Of a stretch of DNA of 64,000 nt, positions 40,697 through 54,798 are shown in pieces. Position 1 is the first letter of the stretch. Every line of letters starts with the position of its first letter. The position numbers and the translations under genes are program-made. Below the pieces are notes generated by a model, which was not told where the DNA came from, made no database searches, and saw nothing but the letters and a program-made list of their open reading frames with translations. The stretch comes from Octopus sinensis (taxonomy: Eukaryota): positions 45,632,001-45,696,000 of the forward strand of contig NC_043007.1 in the NCBI RefSeq assembly GCF_006345805.1, in the 5' to 3' direction.

Positions 40697-41130
40697 ATAT
40701 ATAAATATATGAATATATTCATACATATATGTACATCCCTACATATATATGTATGTATATATAATATATATGCATGCATATATGGGTACAGGACATCAAA
40801 TAAACGTTGAACACAATGAGAAACGAAAACATAAAAGCAAAAACAGAAACGAACTTTTTCGAACAACGAAAACAAACAAAAAAAGCAAACAGTGAGGGCT
40901 GTTAAGCCAAGACGATAGAAAAATTATTATGAACGCTAGGAAGACGAGCTTATGAAGGGGACAGTATAAGCACGTTTTGTCTTTACGAAGGTAGTGGTCA
41001 GAAAGGTAGAAGCTCTTTCGTCATGTGTCCACGACGAGAAAGTCGAAGAGGAGGAGTAAGAGAGAGAGAACGGTGAAGTGGAAAGGAGAAGAATAGGGAA
41101 GGGTGGGAGAGAAAATCAGAAAGATATATA

Positions 41131-41177
<47 letters not shown>

Positions 41178-41189
41178 GCGGTCTTTCAA

Positions 41190-41392
41190 AATGTTACCTC
41201 GTGTGTACCGTTGGCGATTTTTTTCCTCTGTCTTCCCTTCTCGGGATCTTTCCTTCTCCTATGTTTCCGACGAAGAGCTCCGCTCGAAACGTTAAACCCT
41301 CCTCTTCCCTTCTTTTCTGGGCGTCCAATAATACTATATTTGTTCCACGTCCTCGCCTTGTGTTTTTTGTGTGTTTTCTTGTTTGGATTAAC
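41190..41392 (+). mobile_element. Short (TA)n-embedded element with a variant hammerhead-like motif
   Basis: GTTT-CCGACGA-A-GAGC(TCC)GCTC-GAAACGTT-AAAC at 41263-41297. Its 3' end recurs at ~44265-44344. Confidence 0.65.
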
Positions 41393-41583
41393 CATATATA
41401 TACATACATACGTGTACATGCCTAGGCGCAGGAACGGCTCTGCGGTAAGTAGCTTGCTTACTAGCCACATGGTTCCGGCTTCAGTACCACTGCATGGTAC
41501 CATGTACAAGTGTATTCTACTATATCCTAGGGCCGACCAAAACATTGCGAGTGGTTTGGGAGACGGAAACTGAAGAAGTATGT

Positions 41584-41619
<36 letters not shown>

Positions 41620-41662
41620 AACAGTCTTCTATCAGTTTCCGTCTGCCAAATCCACATAGATA

Positions 41663-41693
<31 letters not shown>

Positions 41694-41704
41694 CATTTAT
41701 TTTG

Positions 41705-42094
41705 CTTTTTACTTGTTTCAGTCATGTGACTATATTCATGCTGGAGCACCGTCTCTTGTCGTGCAAATCGACCCCAGGACTTATTCTTTGTAAGCCTAGT
41801 ACTTATTCTATCGGTTTCTTTTGCCGAACCACTAAGTTACGGGGACGTAAAGACACCAGCATCGGTTGCAAGCGATCTTGGGGGACACATAAACATATAC
41901 ACACATACACACATATATATATATGCATATATACGACGGGTTTCTTTCAGTTTCCGTTTACCAAGTCCACTCACAAGGCTTTGGTAGGCCCGAAGCTATA
42001 GTAGAAGACACTTGCACAAGGTGCCACGCAGTGGGACTGAACCAGAACCATGTGGTTTGTAAGTAAGAAGATATTACACACAGCCACTCCTACA

Positions 42095-42142
<48 letters not shown>

Positions 42143-42663
42143 ATATATATATATATATATATATGTATGCGCGCGCGCGCGTGTGTGTGTGTGTTTGAAT
42201 ATGTTTGTGTGTCTGTATTGTGGCCCCACCATCGCTTGACAAATATATGTTGGTGTGTTTACATCCTCGTAACTTCGTGGTTCGGCCAAATTAACCGTTG
42301 GAATAAATACTCGGCTTACAAAGAATAAGTCCTTGGGTCGATTTGTTCGACTAAAAGTCGGTATTCCAGCAAACCCGCAGTCAAGTGGCTGAAACAAATA
42401 AAAAGTATAACAGAATAGGAGAACATATAGCTCTTTTCTGTTAATTCTTTCCAGTCAGCTGACTGCGGCAATGCTAGGGCACCGCCGTGTAGGATTTTAG
42501 CCGAACAAATCGCCCCGGGGATTTATTTTTTCAAGCCTCATACTTATTCTGTCGGTTAATTTTTCCAAACCGCTAAGTTACGGGGACACACCAGCATCGG
42601 TTGTCAATCGACGTTGGGGGTCGAACACAGATACACAAAACATAATTACACCACACGACACAC

Positions 42664-42756
<93 letters not shown>

Positions 42757-42895
42757 TCTTTTTCTTCGACGGGCTTCTTTCAGTTTCCGTCTACCATATT
42801 TAGTTAAAAATCTTTGGTCGGCCCGAAGCTATAGTAGAAGACACTTACCCAAGGTGCCACGCACTGGGACTGAACCCGGAACGATGTGGTTCGTA
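41705..42895. mobile_element. Three SINE family B copies in alternating orientation
   Basis: Minus 41705-42096, plus ~42195-42410, minus ~42435-42895. Confidence 0.85.
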
Positions 42896-42916
42896 ATAGA
42901 CAACATATTCTCAAGT

Positions 42917-43471
42917 ATAAAATAGTGTACATTTACACACAGGAGAAAACTGCCTTCAACAGTTAGTTTTTTTTTACGCGCTAGAAGTAGACAAGACGAC
43001 TAAAACCACATTTAAGAGAAATCTTCAAAAGGAATGAGAAATAAAAACTTTTACCATGTTATTTTATTCCGGTCAAATAAATTAATTTGATAGGCGAAAT
43101 TTTTCATCAATAACCGCGCCATAACAGTAACATATAATTACGAGACGATTAACACGTGTCTCTTCCTTATACATTATAATTTTGCGCGGTGAATTTGAAA
43201 AATTATAATGTATAACGAAGCGACGTGTTAGTGGTCTCTTAATTATATGTTGCGTTTATGGCGCGGTCATTGATGAAAAATTTCGCCTATCAAATTATTT
43301 TATTTGCTAAAAAATTTAGTAACGTAAGTCTGACTTGAATAAAATAACATGGTAAAAGTTTTTTTTCAATCCTTTTGAAGATTGCTATTAAATGTGGTTT
43401 TGGTCGTTTTGACTACTTCTTCTTGTGTTGAAGGCAGTTTTCCCTTGTGTTGAAATGTACAGTATTTTATA
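42917..43471. repeat. Large imperfect palindrome (~265-bp arms, ~14-bp spacer)
   Basis: Examples: AAAACTGCCTTCAAC/GTTGAAGGCAGTTTT, AATTTGATAGGCGAAATTTTTCATCAAT/ATTGATGAAAAATTTCGCCTATCAAATT, TATACATTATAATTTT/AAAATTATAATGTATA. Confidence 0.9.
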
Positions 43472-43511
43472 TATGTATATATACATATACATATACATAT
43501 ACATACATACA

Positions 43512-43545
<34 letters not shown>

Positions 43546-43727
43546 CATACATACATATATATATATACCCGACGGGCTCCTTTTCAATTTCCGTCTATCA
43601 AATCCAGTTACTAGGCTTCGTAGGCTCGAGACTGCAGTAGGAGCCACTGACACAAAGAGCCACGCAGTAGTACTGAACCCAGAACAACGTTATTCGGAAG
43701 CAAGCTTCTTACCACACAAGTTTCTTG

Positions 43728-43788
<61 letters not shown>

Positions 43789-43815
43789 TTGGAAAAAAAA
43801 CATCTTTTATCAATT

Positions 43816-43915
43816 NNNNNNNNNNNNNNNNNNNNNNNNNNNNNNNNNNNNNNNNNNNNNNNNNNNNNNNNNNNNNNNNNNNNNNNNNNNNNNNNNNNNN
43901 NNNNNNNNNNNNNNN
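43816..43915. other. Assembly gap (100 N)
   Basis: Run of N. Confidence 1.
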
Positions 43916-43940
43916 ATATACACACATACACTCACATATA

Positions 43941-43976
<36 letters not shown>

Positions 43977-44205
43977 CACACATACATATACATCTTCTCA
44001 TCTTGCGTGCAGAGTTAGATGCTGGACTGTACATGAACTTACTACTAATAGCAGTATCAGTAGATATAGAGTTTTATCGTCCAGTATGATTACCGTATGA
44101 TGAATGGTTACTACTGCAATCAGTAATAGTCTACTTATGATATACAGACCGCTCGTAGTGAAAGTAAATATATTACATGCTATATATTATATATATATAT
44201 ATATT

Positions 44206-44259
<54 letters not shown>

Positions 44260-44340
44260 TATATAATCTTCCCTTCTTTCCAATAATACTTTATTTGTTC
44301 CACATCCTTGCGTTGTCTTTCTGTTTTCTTGTTTGGATTA

Positions 44341-44419
<79 letters not shown>

Positions 44420-44529
44420 GTAATGTATATGCATACACACACACATTCAACACACGAATGTTGGTATAAAGAGGAAAAATAGGACTCAATATATGAGTAT
44501 ATGTATATTCTTACTGATGTTTAACAGAA

Positions 44530-44745
44530 GGCAGCGAACTGGCAGAAACGTTAGCACGTCGTGCGAAGTGCTTTGGCGGTAATATTTCGTCTTTCTTTAC
44601 GGTCTGAGTTCAAATTCCGCCGAGGTCAGCTTTACCTTTCATCTTTTCGGGATCGATAAATTAAGTATCGTTTGCGTACTAGGGTCGATCTAATCGACTG
44701 CCCCCTGACTTAACATTTCGGGCCTTGTGCCTAGATTAGAAAAAC
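44530..44745 (+). mobile_element. SINE family A
   Basis: GGCAGCGAACTGGCAGAAACGTTAGCACG...GGCCTTGTGCCTAG. Confidence 0.85.
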
Positions 44746-45175
44746 AATATTTATCAGAAGTAACAGAATGACTAGCGCGATAAGTGCCAAAGAACGAAAC
44801 TTACGGACCTTGAGTAACTCTATTGCTTCTTCTAAATTTTAATGAATACACACACACACACACACACATATATAACGCCCACCCTTGCGTAGAGACATAG
44901 AGAAAGAAATTTTGAAATTAGACAATTAGAAAACAAATATAGACTATGATTATTAAGCTTACGATTTGTTAATATATTTAGTAATAAAATTTTTTTCCTC
45001 AAGTAATTCCGAATAACATCTATTGTTTGCAAGCACACCTACTCACTAATATGGGTTTTGAAATGCTTCATTTAGCATTAAAAATTATCGTATGAAAAAT
45101 CACGGCGCACCTAGATACTCCTAGCCTCGCAGCGTGGGTACTTCTACCTACCTACCTACCTACCTACCTACCTAC

Positions 45176-45220
<45 letters not shown>

Positions 45221-45237
45221 CATCCATCCATCCATCC

Positions 45238-45312
<75 letters not shown>

Positions 45313-45333
45313 CATCCATCCATCCATCCATCC

Positions 45334-45406
<73 letters not shown>

Positions 45407-46026
45407 CCTATCTATCTAGCTGCCTGTCTCTCTGTCTGTTTGTCTCTCTGTCTATTTGTCTGTGTCTCTATCTCTCTGTCTCTAACTATCAATCTTTCTT
45501 TCTATCTCCTTTCTTACTATCATTCTTTCTGTCTGTCTTGTTTATGAATTTTTTTTTATTTTATCTAGTTTCAGATCACGAGCTCTGGCCATGCTGGGGC
45601 ACCGCCATTATATATATATATATATATATATGCATACGCACAGACATATATGTATGAAGAATGAAAGATATAAATGAGACAAAATCACAGAGGGTGTTAG
45701 ATTTCATACGATGTGTCTCAAGTGGTATGCATATATATACACACATACAAACATACATATACATACATACATACATACATACATACATACATACATACAT
45801 ACATACATACATGCATACATACATATATATATGCATACATACATACATACATACATGCATAGATGTTTTGCAAACAACTTTCACATGCAAGTGCTACCAG
45901 TCGACAACTCCGCATACCGGAAGTTAACAAGTGTATGGGGTCATATATATACACACGATTGTATATGTTTATATATAGATACACACACGAGCATATATAT
46001 ATATTGCGAATAAGCCACATTCAATA

Positions 46027-46077
<51 letters not shown>

Positions 46078-46359
46078 GTGTGTGTGTATATATATATATT
46101 ATATATATATATATATGTATACATATATATACATATATATATAAATAAATATATATATATATATATATAATATATTATATATCTAATGTTTTATATATAT
46201 GTGTATATATATATGTAATATATACATATAAATATATGTGTGTATATTTATATGGATATTATGTGTTAAATATGTATATATACATATGTATGTATATATT
46301 ATCTCTCTCTCCCTCTCTCTCTCTCTCTATGTATATATATATATATGTTATACATATAA

Positions 46360-46438
<79 letters not shown>

Positions 46439-46439
46439 C

Positions 46440-46479
<40 letters not shown>

Positions 46480-46786
46480 CGAACAGAGACACACACATAT
46501 TCTACATCAATGAGACGTTATTCATCAGAATTTTAAGATATGTTATAATTCTCTATGGTTGTATGATAAAATCCTAAGACTTCCTCTCAGTTTCTTAATG
46601 CAATACTGTGTGTATAAGCGTGTATGTGTGTGGGTGTGAGTACTTCCGTGTGGACATGAATGTATGTACCTGTGCGTCTAAATACATATATGTGTGTGTA
46701 TACGAGTTGGTGCGTGTGAGTAGTGTATTGTATATGCGCACGCACACAGACACGCGCGTTCAAACAAACAAACGTGTGTATATATA

Positions 46787-46817
<31 letters not shown>

Positions 46818-47726
46818 CTGTATACGTGTATTTTTCTTTATAGCTCATTCTCTGTCTCTCTCTCTCTCTCTCTCATCTCTCTATTTCTCTACGAAGAGTC
46901 ACTTTTATAAAAATAGTCCTACTGTCTCATTCACAACATATAATTCCATAAATGGCCAACGCTATCATTTATGGAACATTATTACAGGCCCCTCCCTCTT
47001 TTCCACCACACCCTGCAATTTTAAGAATTACTAACAATATATATTGGCATTATTTTCATTATTTACTATTTATTACCTTGGTTATCAATCGTTCTGATCA
47101 TTACCGTCGTCTTCAGTTTTATTATCAATATTATTGTCTTCATCAATATAAACGACATCAATGCAGCTTTGCATTAGTATATAGAATATATCTTAGAACT
47201 ACTTTACCAAACATCGTTGGTTCGATTCTGGAATATTTCGTTTATCCTCTTTTATCTGTGAATTGTTTTAGATATTGGACTGCGGCCTTGCTGGGGCCCT
47301 GTTTGAAGAGATGTAATTGAACACATCGACGTAATCATTCTTTCTCAAGGTTGGTATGGTGCTAATTATATCTGTCTCCCTGGCTGAACCGCTAGGTTAC
47401 GGGGAAATAAATCAACACCAGTTGTCAAGCGGTGATGGTGGGACGAACACACACACACACCTTTATATATACACACACACACACACCTTCATACACACAC
47501 ACACACACACCTTTATATATACACACACACACACACCTTCATATACACACACACACACACACGCCCACACACACGAAAGAAAACACCTTCACACATATTT
47601 CTATCAGACAATTTCAAATAAGTAAAAAAATACATTACACTATTTGTTCTCCTGATGTCAAGACTAGTTAGTACTTAGATGAGTAACTGCTTGGGAAAGC
47701 TAGGTGCTGTAAGCATCTTACTTTTA

Positions 47727-49005
47727 AGGCGGTCAAGTGGCAGGATCGTTAGCACGTCGGTAAATACTTAGCAGCATTTCACCCGTCTGAGTTCAAATTC
47801 TGCCGAGGTTGATTTTTGCCTTTGCTTGTTTCGGGGTCGATAAGTACCAATTGGTTATTGGGGGTCGATGTAATCGACGTACCTTCTTTCCCAAGCTTGC
47901 TGGCCTTGTGCCAACATTTGAAACAAATATCTCTTCTCCTGAAGACAGCGAGCTGGCAAAAACGTTAGCATAGGCAACACGATTAGCGGCATTTCGTTCG
48001 TCTTTACGTACTAAGTTCAAATGCCGCCGAGATCGACTTTGCCTTTCATCCTCCGAGTTCGATAAAATAAGTACCATTTGAACGCTTGGGTTGATAAACT
48101 CAGCTTTCACCCTTCCCTAGTATTGCTGGCCTTGTGTCACAACTTGAAGCCAATATTCCTTTTCTTAAATGCGGTGAGCTGGCAGAATCGTTAGCACGCC
48201 GGGACAATAGCTTAGCAGGATTTCGTCCGTCTCAATTCAAATTCTGCCGAGATCGACTTAGCTTTCATTTTCTCTCCATCTGTAAAATAATTGAGTGGTG
48301 GGGATCGGTGTATTCGACTTACCCTTCCCTCGGGCTTGCTGGTCTTGTGCCAAAATTTGAAAGAAATATGTCTTCTCATGAAGGCAGCGAGCTGACAGAA
48401 TCGTTAACACGCCAAGTAAAATATCTAGCGGCATTTCGTCAATCTTCAAGTTCTGAATTCAAATGCTACCGAGGTCGACTTTGACTTTCATCCTTTCGGG
48501 ATCGATAAAATAAGTAACATTCTTATCCCGAGTTGGCTGGCCTTATGCCAAAATTTGCAACCAGAATGTCTTGATCTAAAGACCGCGAGCAGGCAGGACC
48601 GTTAGCAAACCGGGCAAAATTCTTAGCGGTATTTCGTCCGTCTTTCCGTTCTAAGTACAAATTCAGTGGAGGTCGAATTTGCCTATCATCATTTCCGGGT
48701 GAAATATAGAAAGGACTAGTTGTGCACAGGAATCGAAGTAATAAACTCATCGCTTCCCCTGGAATTGCTGGCCTTGTGCCAAAATTTGAAACCAGTGCTT
48801 CTTGCCGTTAAGACTGCGAGCTGACTGAATCTTTACTAATCTAGATAAAATACTTTGTGGCATTTCTTCCGTTACCTTTACTTTCTGAGTTGGAATACCG
48901 TCGAGTTTTACTTTAGCCCTTAATCGTTTCGGCCTTGATAAAATAACAAACACTTGCTTCATCACTCAAAAATTGATGACCATGTGCCAAAATTTGAGAT
49001 CAATA
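47727..49005 (+). repeat. Head-to-tail array of about six diverged SINE family A units (~200-230 bp)
   Basis: Heads near 47727, 47945, 48170, 48382, 48582 and 48812. Each unit ends GCTGGCCTTGTGCCAAAATTTGAAAC. Confidence 0.85.
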
Positions 49006-49706
49006 TTTGTTTTCAATCTCTGTTCCACGATTTTAAGCGGCCTTTCGGGTTTTATATAACAATGTTTGTTGAAGCGGTTGATTGATAGGGTTATTTGAGA
49101 ACCGGAATAAGATGACCTGTAGTATTTGCTCAAAAGTGTGGCGTTCCGAATTGTTCTGTTTCAGATCTAATACGTCATCCAGCTTAAAACTTCCACCACC
49201 TCGAGTGTCGTAAGTGGTATTCATTTCTGGTATAAGTAATTGGGCAAAATTCTTCGGTTTGCGAACTGCCTGCCTAGAAAAATAAACTACCATGATTTCT
49301 GCTCTTGTTGATTAGACATCTGACAGAGAATCAGCTCTCTAAACAAATTTGATTATGGTGGATATTGATAAGTGGAATCCATGCAAAAGTTTATTGAATG
49401 TCTTGACATCTTCTTGAGTGACTAACGTCATCGTTCACCCAGTTTAACACCAGTATCACCTGGCACATTTTTACCATCACTAGCAACAACCGACACAGGT
49501 CTTCACTTAAATTCACCATAAATTAAAAAGTCATACTTGTATTTTGCTTCGATTCACAATTATTTTGAGCATCGGAAATATTCGTCGTCCTACTCAGCGA
49601 TTTAGACGAATGGGTAAAGCATTTATGGTAAAACTTTAGCTTGGAAAACTTCATGACTCGGTTAACAGATAACATGTAATTGATTTAGCGTCTAGTATTT
49701 CTGTTA

Positions 49707-49950
49707 TGGTGGAGGCGCGTAGCTTGTCAGCATCACGGTCGTCAGATTGTGGTTTCGATTCCTGGACTGGGTGGCGCGTTGTGTTTTTGAGCAAAACATT
49801 TCATTTCACGTTGCTACAGTCCACTCGGCTAGCAAAAAGGAGTAACGCTGCGATGGACTGGTGTCCCGTCCAGCTGAGGAACACATACGCCATAGAAAAC
49901 GGGAAACCGGGCCCATGAGCCTGGCTAGGTTTTAAAAGGGCGCATTTATT
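49707..49950 (+). mobile_element. SINE family C (tRNA head plus CORE-like block)
   Basis: GGTTTCGATTCC B box, TTGAGCAAAACATTTCATTTCACGTTGCT, CTGCGATGGACTGG, (TTA)n tail. Related head at 56127-56250. Confidence 0.7.
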
Positions 49951-51054
49951 ATTATTATTTATATTTCTGTTATCAAATTTCTGTGTAACAAAATACTTGA
50001 GTATTATGGGCATTAAAATAAAAGTAGGGCCAGTATTCACAAATTGTAACATGTACCTTATTACGTACTAAAAAGTCTCTCTTCGACGATATGTAATTTC
50101 GAATTCAAATCCTTTCAGTGTCAACTTAGGCAAATATCTTCCAGCATGACAACGATTTGACGAAAACCTTGAAGTGAAATAAGCTAGCAAGAATCTATGT
50201 TGTTGGTTACTGGATATATATATGCATGCAAATGTGTGCGTTTATTTGTGAGGGATTTCTGATGTATTTGTGACGGATATGATAAGTGAATCGAAAATAA
50301 AAATCTTTACTCTAAGGTCAATTTAGCCTATCTTTGCTTTGGTGGTAAATAAATTTATTGCATGACTGAAATAAATACCGAGGTAAAAATATTCCACCAC
50401 AAACATTTGAAGGAGATGCTGTAACGCAGGCACAGTTCAATGACAGAAACAAGGGGAAAAAATGAAATATTTTCACGGTATTCAGTGGATCTGTTGTATT
50501 TACATTCGATCTTCATATATTTTGGTTGAAATAGAGACGGTGGTCAGTGTGCGCTCTACAGAGATCAAAAGGAAAATGAAGTTTATTAACATCAAGCTGT
50601 CTGCAAATGCTGCATAGAAAGAAATGAAAAGCAACATTATCCAGCAACATCCAAGAATATGAATAATCGATAATATGCAAACTTATTCGTCGTGAATATT
50701 TAATCGGTGTTAGTGAGAGAAAAAATCACAAGCTATAAAAACATAGATATACGGTAGCATACTTTGAAAGAGATCACCAACTCCAAGTGAAAGACATTAT
50801 CTTGACTATTTATACACCTGTTATTTCCAATATAAGTGTCGTTGTTGACATATGAAGGAAACCGAGAATGATAAGAATGAGTAAATATAGGAGAGACGAG
50901 TAAGAGGAGGAAAATGTTTATTGATAAAGCAATAATCAAAGCTGGAAAGAAAAATCAGTAAGAAAGCATGAATAACAGGGGTATCTTATGAAGAGTATTT
51001 TTGCGCCATATATAATTATCATCCCGTCTTGAAATGCAGAATTCCTGGGTGCAT

Positions 51055-51089
<35 letters not shown>

Positions 51090-51090
51090 A

Positions 51091-51366
51091 GGCGGCGAGC
51101 TGGCAGAAACGTTGGCACGCCGGGCAAAATGCTTAGCAGTATTTCGTCTGCCGCTACTTTCTGAGTTCAAATTCTGCCGCGGTCGACTTTGCCTTTCATC
51201 CTATCGGGGTCGATAAATTAAGTATCAGTTACGCACTGGGGTCGATGTAATCGACTTAATTCGTTTGTTTGTCCTTGTTTGCCCCTCTGTGTGTAGCCCC
51301 TTGTTGGTAAAAAAGAAACATATATAATTATCATCCCGTCTTGAAATGCAGAATTCCTGGGTGCAT

Positions 51367-51425
<59 letters not shown>

Positions 51426-51835
51426 TTACTACTAAGGCGTCGACCTGGCAAAATCGTTAGCATTCCAGGCGAAATTATTAGCGGTATTTCGTCTGCCGCT
51501 ACGTTCTGAGTTCAAATTCCGCCGAGGTCGACTTTGCTTTTCATCCTCTCGGGGTCGATTAAATAAGTACCAGTTACGCACTGGGGTCGATATAATCGAC
51601 TTAATCCGTTTGTCTGTCCTTGTTTGTCCTCTCTGTGTTTAGCTCCTTGTGGGTAGTGAAGAAACGGGTATTTCGTCTGCTGCTACTACTTTCTGAGATA
51701 AAATTCCGCCGAAGTCGACGCTGCTTTCATCCTTTTGGGGTCGATAAATTAAGTATAAGTTGAATACTGATGTCGATGTAATCGATTATCCCCGTCACCC
51801 CAATTTCAGGCCTTGTGCCTACAGTATAAAGAGAA
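51091..51835 (+). mobile_element. Two SINE family A copies separated by duplicated flank
   Basis: Heads at 51091 and 51436. Confidence 0.85.
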
Positions 51836-51843
51836 AGGCTTAC

Positions 51844-51897
<54 letters not shown>

Positions 51898-51899
51898 TG

Positions 51900-53090
51900 T
51901 TTTACTTCTCAGATCGTTGGGTCCTTGTTCTGGCAGATTCTGTGAGAGCAGACAGCAGCCAGCTGTCAGAGGTCTCACAGGGTCTCTCTTTTCTACTTGG
52001 TTACTAATTATCGTTGAAGACATTCAACATCCAAGTACAAATCTCAAAATCGTAGCTATCCACAGCAGGTTAGTTTTTGGGGATTGCTCTGCTCTCATGT
52101 CGATTCCGATTTCTTTGGCATATTTCTCGAACTTGGTTGTTAGTGCTCCGAGTGCCCCTACAACTACTGGATTGACAGACACTCTCCACTTAGTCTACAT
52201 TCTTGCAATTTTGTATTTTAGTAGTCTGTACTTTTCGATCTTTTCTACTTCTTCGTCACTTATGCGTGCATCTCCAGGTATTGCAATATCTATGATTAGG
52301 GAGCACATGGGATTGTAAAATATCATAGTATCTTATGCTCCTTATTTTCGGTGACTTCTTTTGGTTCATGTTCGTACCATTTTCGTGATCTGTTCCGGCC
52401 ATACATTTGACATAGCCTCCAGTGCTTTTCGGCCAGCTTGGTACACCCACTTACAATATGTGAGATTGTTTCGTTTCTGTTGCCACACATCCTACAAAGG
52501 AACGTTTTGCTACTCTTGTCTATTTGGTACTTGGTGTCATTAGTTCTCACAGCTTGTTCCTGAGCGCTAAATATCAATGCTTCAGTGTACTCTATCAGAT
52601 CAATTCTTTTTAGCCATTTCCGAATGTTGATTTTGTCTTTTCCTTCAATTTCTCTGATGTATTGCCCATGCAGTGGTTTCATTTTCCAGTTGTTTACTCT
52701 TTCTTCTTCATCTTGTTTCTCAAATGTTTGTGGGAGCATCACATTTTCGGTGGACATTGTATTGTTAATTCTAACAGCGGCAAACAAAGATTCACCCTGC
52801 TTTTTGATGTACATTCCCAGACTGTTCTTTTCGTTCTTTTATTATGCATCCTATTAGACCTCTCCCACTCATGCATCCTATTAGATCATGCATCCTATTA
52901 GACCTCTCCCACTCCTGTATCTAGGCACATACAGTCTGCCAGTATCGCTTTTGGGGTGTAGCTCCTTCTTAACTGTCATCACTTTTCTAGTTTTTCTATC
53001 CATTTCCTCAAGCTCGTCCTTTGTCCACCTAAAAACACCTGCGCCGTATCCCATTAATAAAACAGCCCCTGATTTTGTTTTTGTCCATTA
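51900..53090 (-). mobile_element. R4/Dong-like C-terminal remnant ending in (TAA)n
   Basis: WKMKPLHGQY, TEALIFSAQEQA.RTN, CRMCG..NETISHIVSGC. Confidence 0.85.
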
Positions 53091-53129
53091 AGTTTACTTC
53101 CCATGATTAATTTCTTAATTTCTCCTTCT

Positions 53130-53194
<65 letters not shown>

Positions 53195-53243
53195 TTCTTC
53201 TTCTTCTTCTTCTTCTTCTTCTTCTTCTTCTTCTAACTCAGAG

Positions 53244-53281
<38 letters not shown>

Positions 53282-53341
53282 ACACTACCACCACCACCAC
53301 CACCACCGCCGCCGCCGTCGCTGCTGCTGCTGCTGCTGCTG

Positions 53342-53410
<69 letters not shown>

Positions 53411-53776
53411 TTTTTATTATTATTATCAAAGGAAAAAAAATGAATGCTTAGCAGACCAAATATATTACAAATAGCCTAACCAATACTTTTGAAAAGAATA
53501 TTTAGAGCAACAACATTCGCACGGAAACAAAGATCCTATATTCTTCATAAACTAAATTCTCGTTCGAAATCCAGTTGATCTGTGTATCCATTTCTGAATC
53601 TCTCACTATGACTCTCAGTGTCTGTAGCATCGAAACCAAAGCTCCTATGATGAATGGATTTATCTAACAAGGTGTTAGGCATTATTGAACACATCCGCCG
53701 AAATTTTGACTTTCAAATTTATACATACGTATATAAATATGCAGATATATAGATATACACACACACACACACACAC

Positions 53777-53821
<45 letters not shown>

Positions 53822-53864
53822 TATATATATATAGTGTGTATATGAATAGATAGATGTATATATA

Positions 53865-54266
53865 CTCTTTTACTTGTTTCAGTCATTTGACTGCCGCCAT
53901 GCTGGAGCACCGCCTTTAGTTGAGCAAATCGACCCCGGGACTTATTCTTTATAAGCCCAGTACTTATTCCATCGGTCTCTTTTTGCCGAACCGCTAAGTG
54001 ACGGGGACGTAAACACACCAGCATCGGTTGTCAAGCGATGGTGGGGGGGGGCAAACATGGTCACACAAACATATACACACACATACATATATATACATAT
54101 ATACAACAGGCTTCTTTCAGTTTCCGTCTACCAAATCCACTCACAAGGCATTGGTCGGCCCGAGGCTATAGCAGAAGACACTTGCCCAAGATGCCACGCA
54201 GTGGGACTGAACCCGTAACCATGTGGTTGGTAAGCAAGCTACTTACCACGCAGCCACTCCTGCGCC
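53865..54266 (-). mobile_element. SINE family B, full length (tRNA head, CORE-like block, internal microsatellite, 3' tail)
   Basis: Minus strand GGCGCAGGAGTGGCTGCGTGGTAAG..GGGTTCAGTCCC..CTTGGGCAAGTGTCTT...ACTGAAACAAGTAAAAGAG. Resembles octopus OR-type SINEs from memory. Confidence 0.88.
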
Positions 54267-54728
54267 TATATATATAATATAATATAACTTATATATTTAT
54301 GTATTTATATAGAACATTTTTCATATGGATATGAATATACATTATATTATATACATATATGTGTATACACAAACACACGCACACACATTTATACACATAT
54401 GCACACACGTATGTATATGTATGTATACACCCACACCCATACATCCACAGAACCACATCCACCATATGCACACGAATACATATCGTCTCTTAGTATACTA
54501 TTACAATATATTGGAAATTGCAGGGTACATTACATCGCCCCCTTCCTCTTGGCACCAACGTGCTACATATAAACCAACCAGAAACGCACAAATAAAGATA
54601 TCCATTCCTGTTAATGCATCTGAACATGCAACTTGTTAGCCATAGTTTAACAGAGAAATATTAAACTGCTTTCGCGAAATTTATTTAGGTATACGTTGTT
54701 TTCGTACATATACACATACACACATACA

Positions 54729-54798
<70 letters not shown>

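Noticed and set aside
47727-49005. CRISPR-like repeat array
   Set aside because: Units are ~215-bp diverged SINEs with no unique spacers; eukaryotic context and no cas genes.
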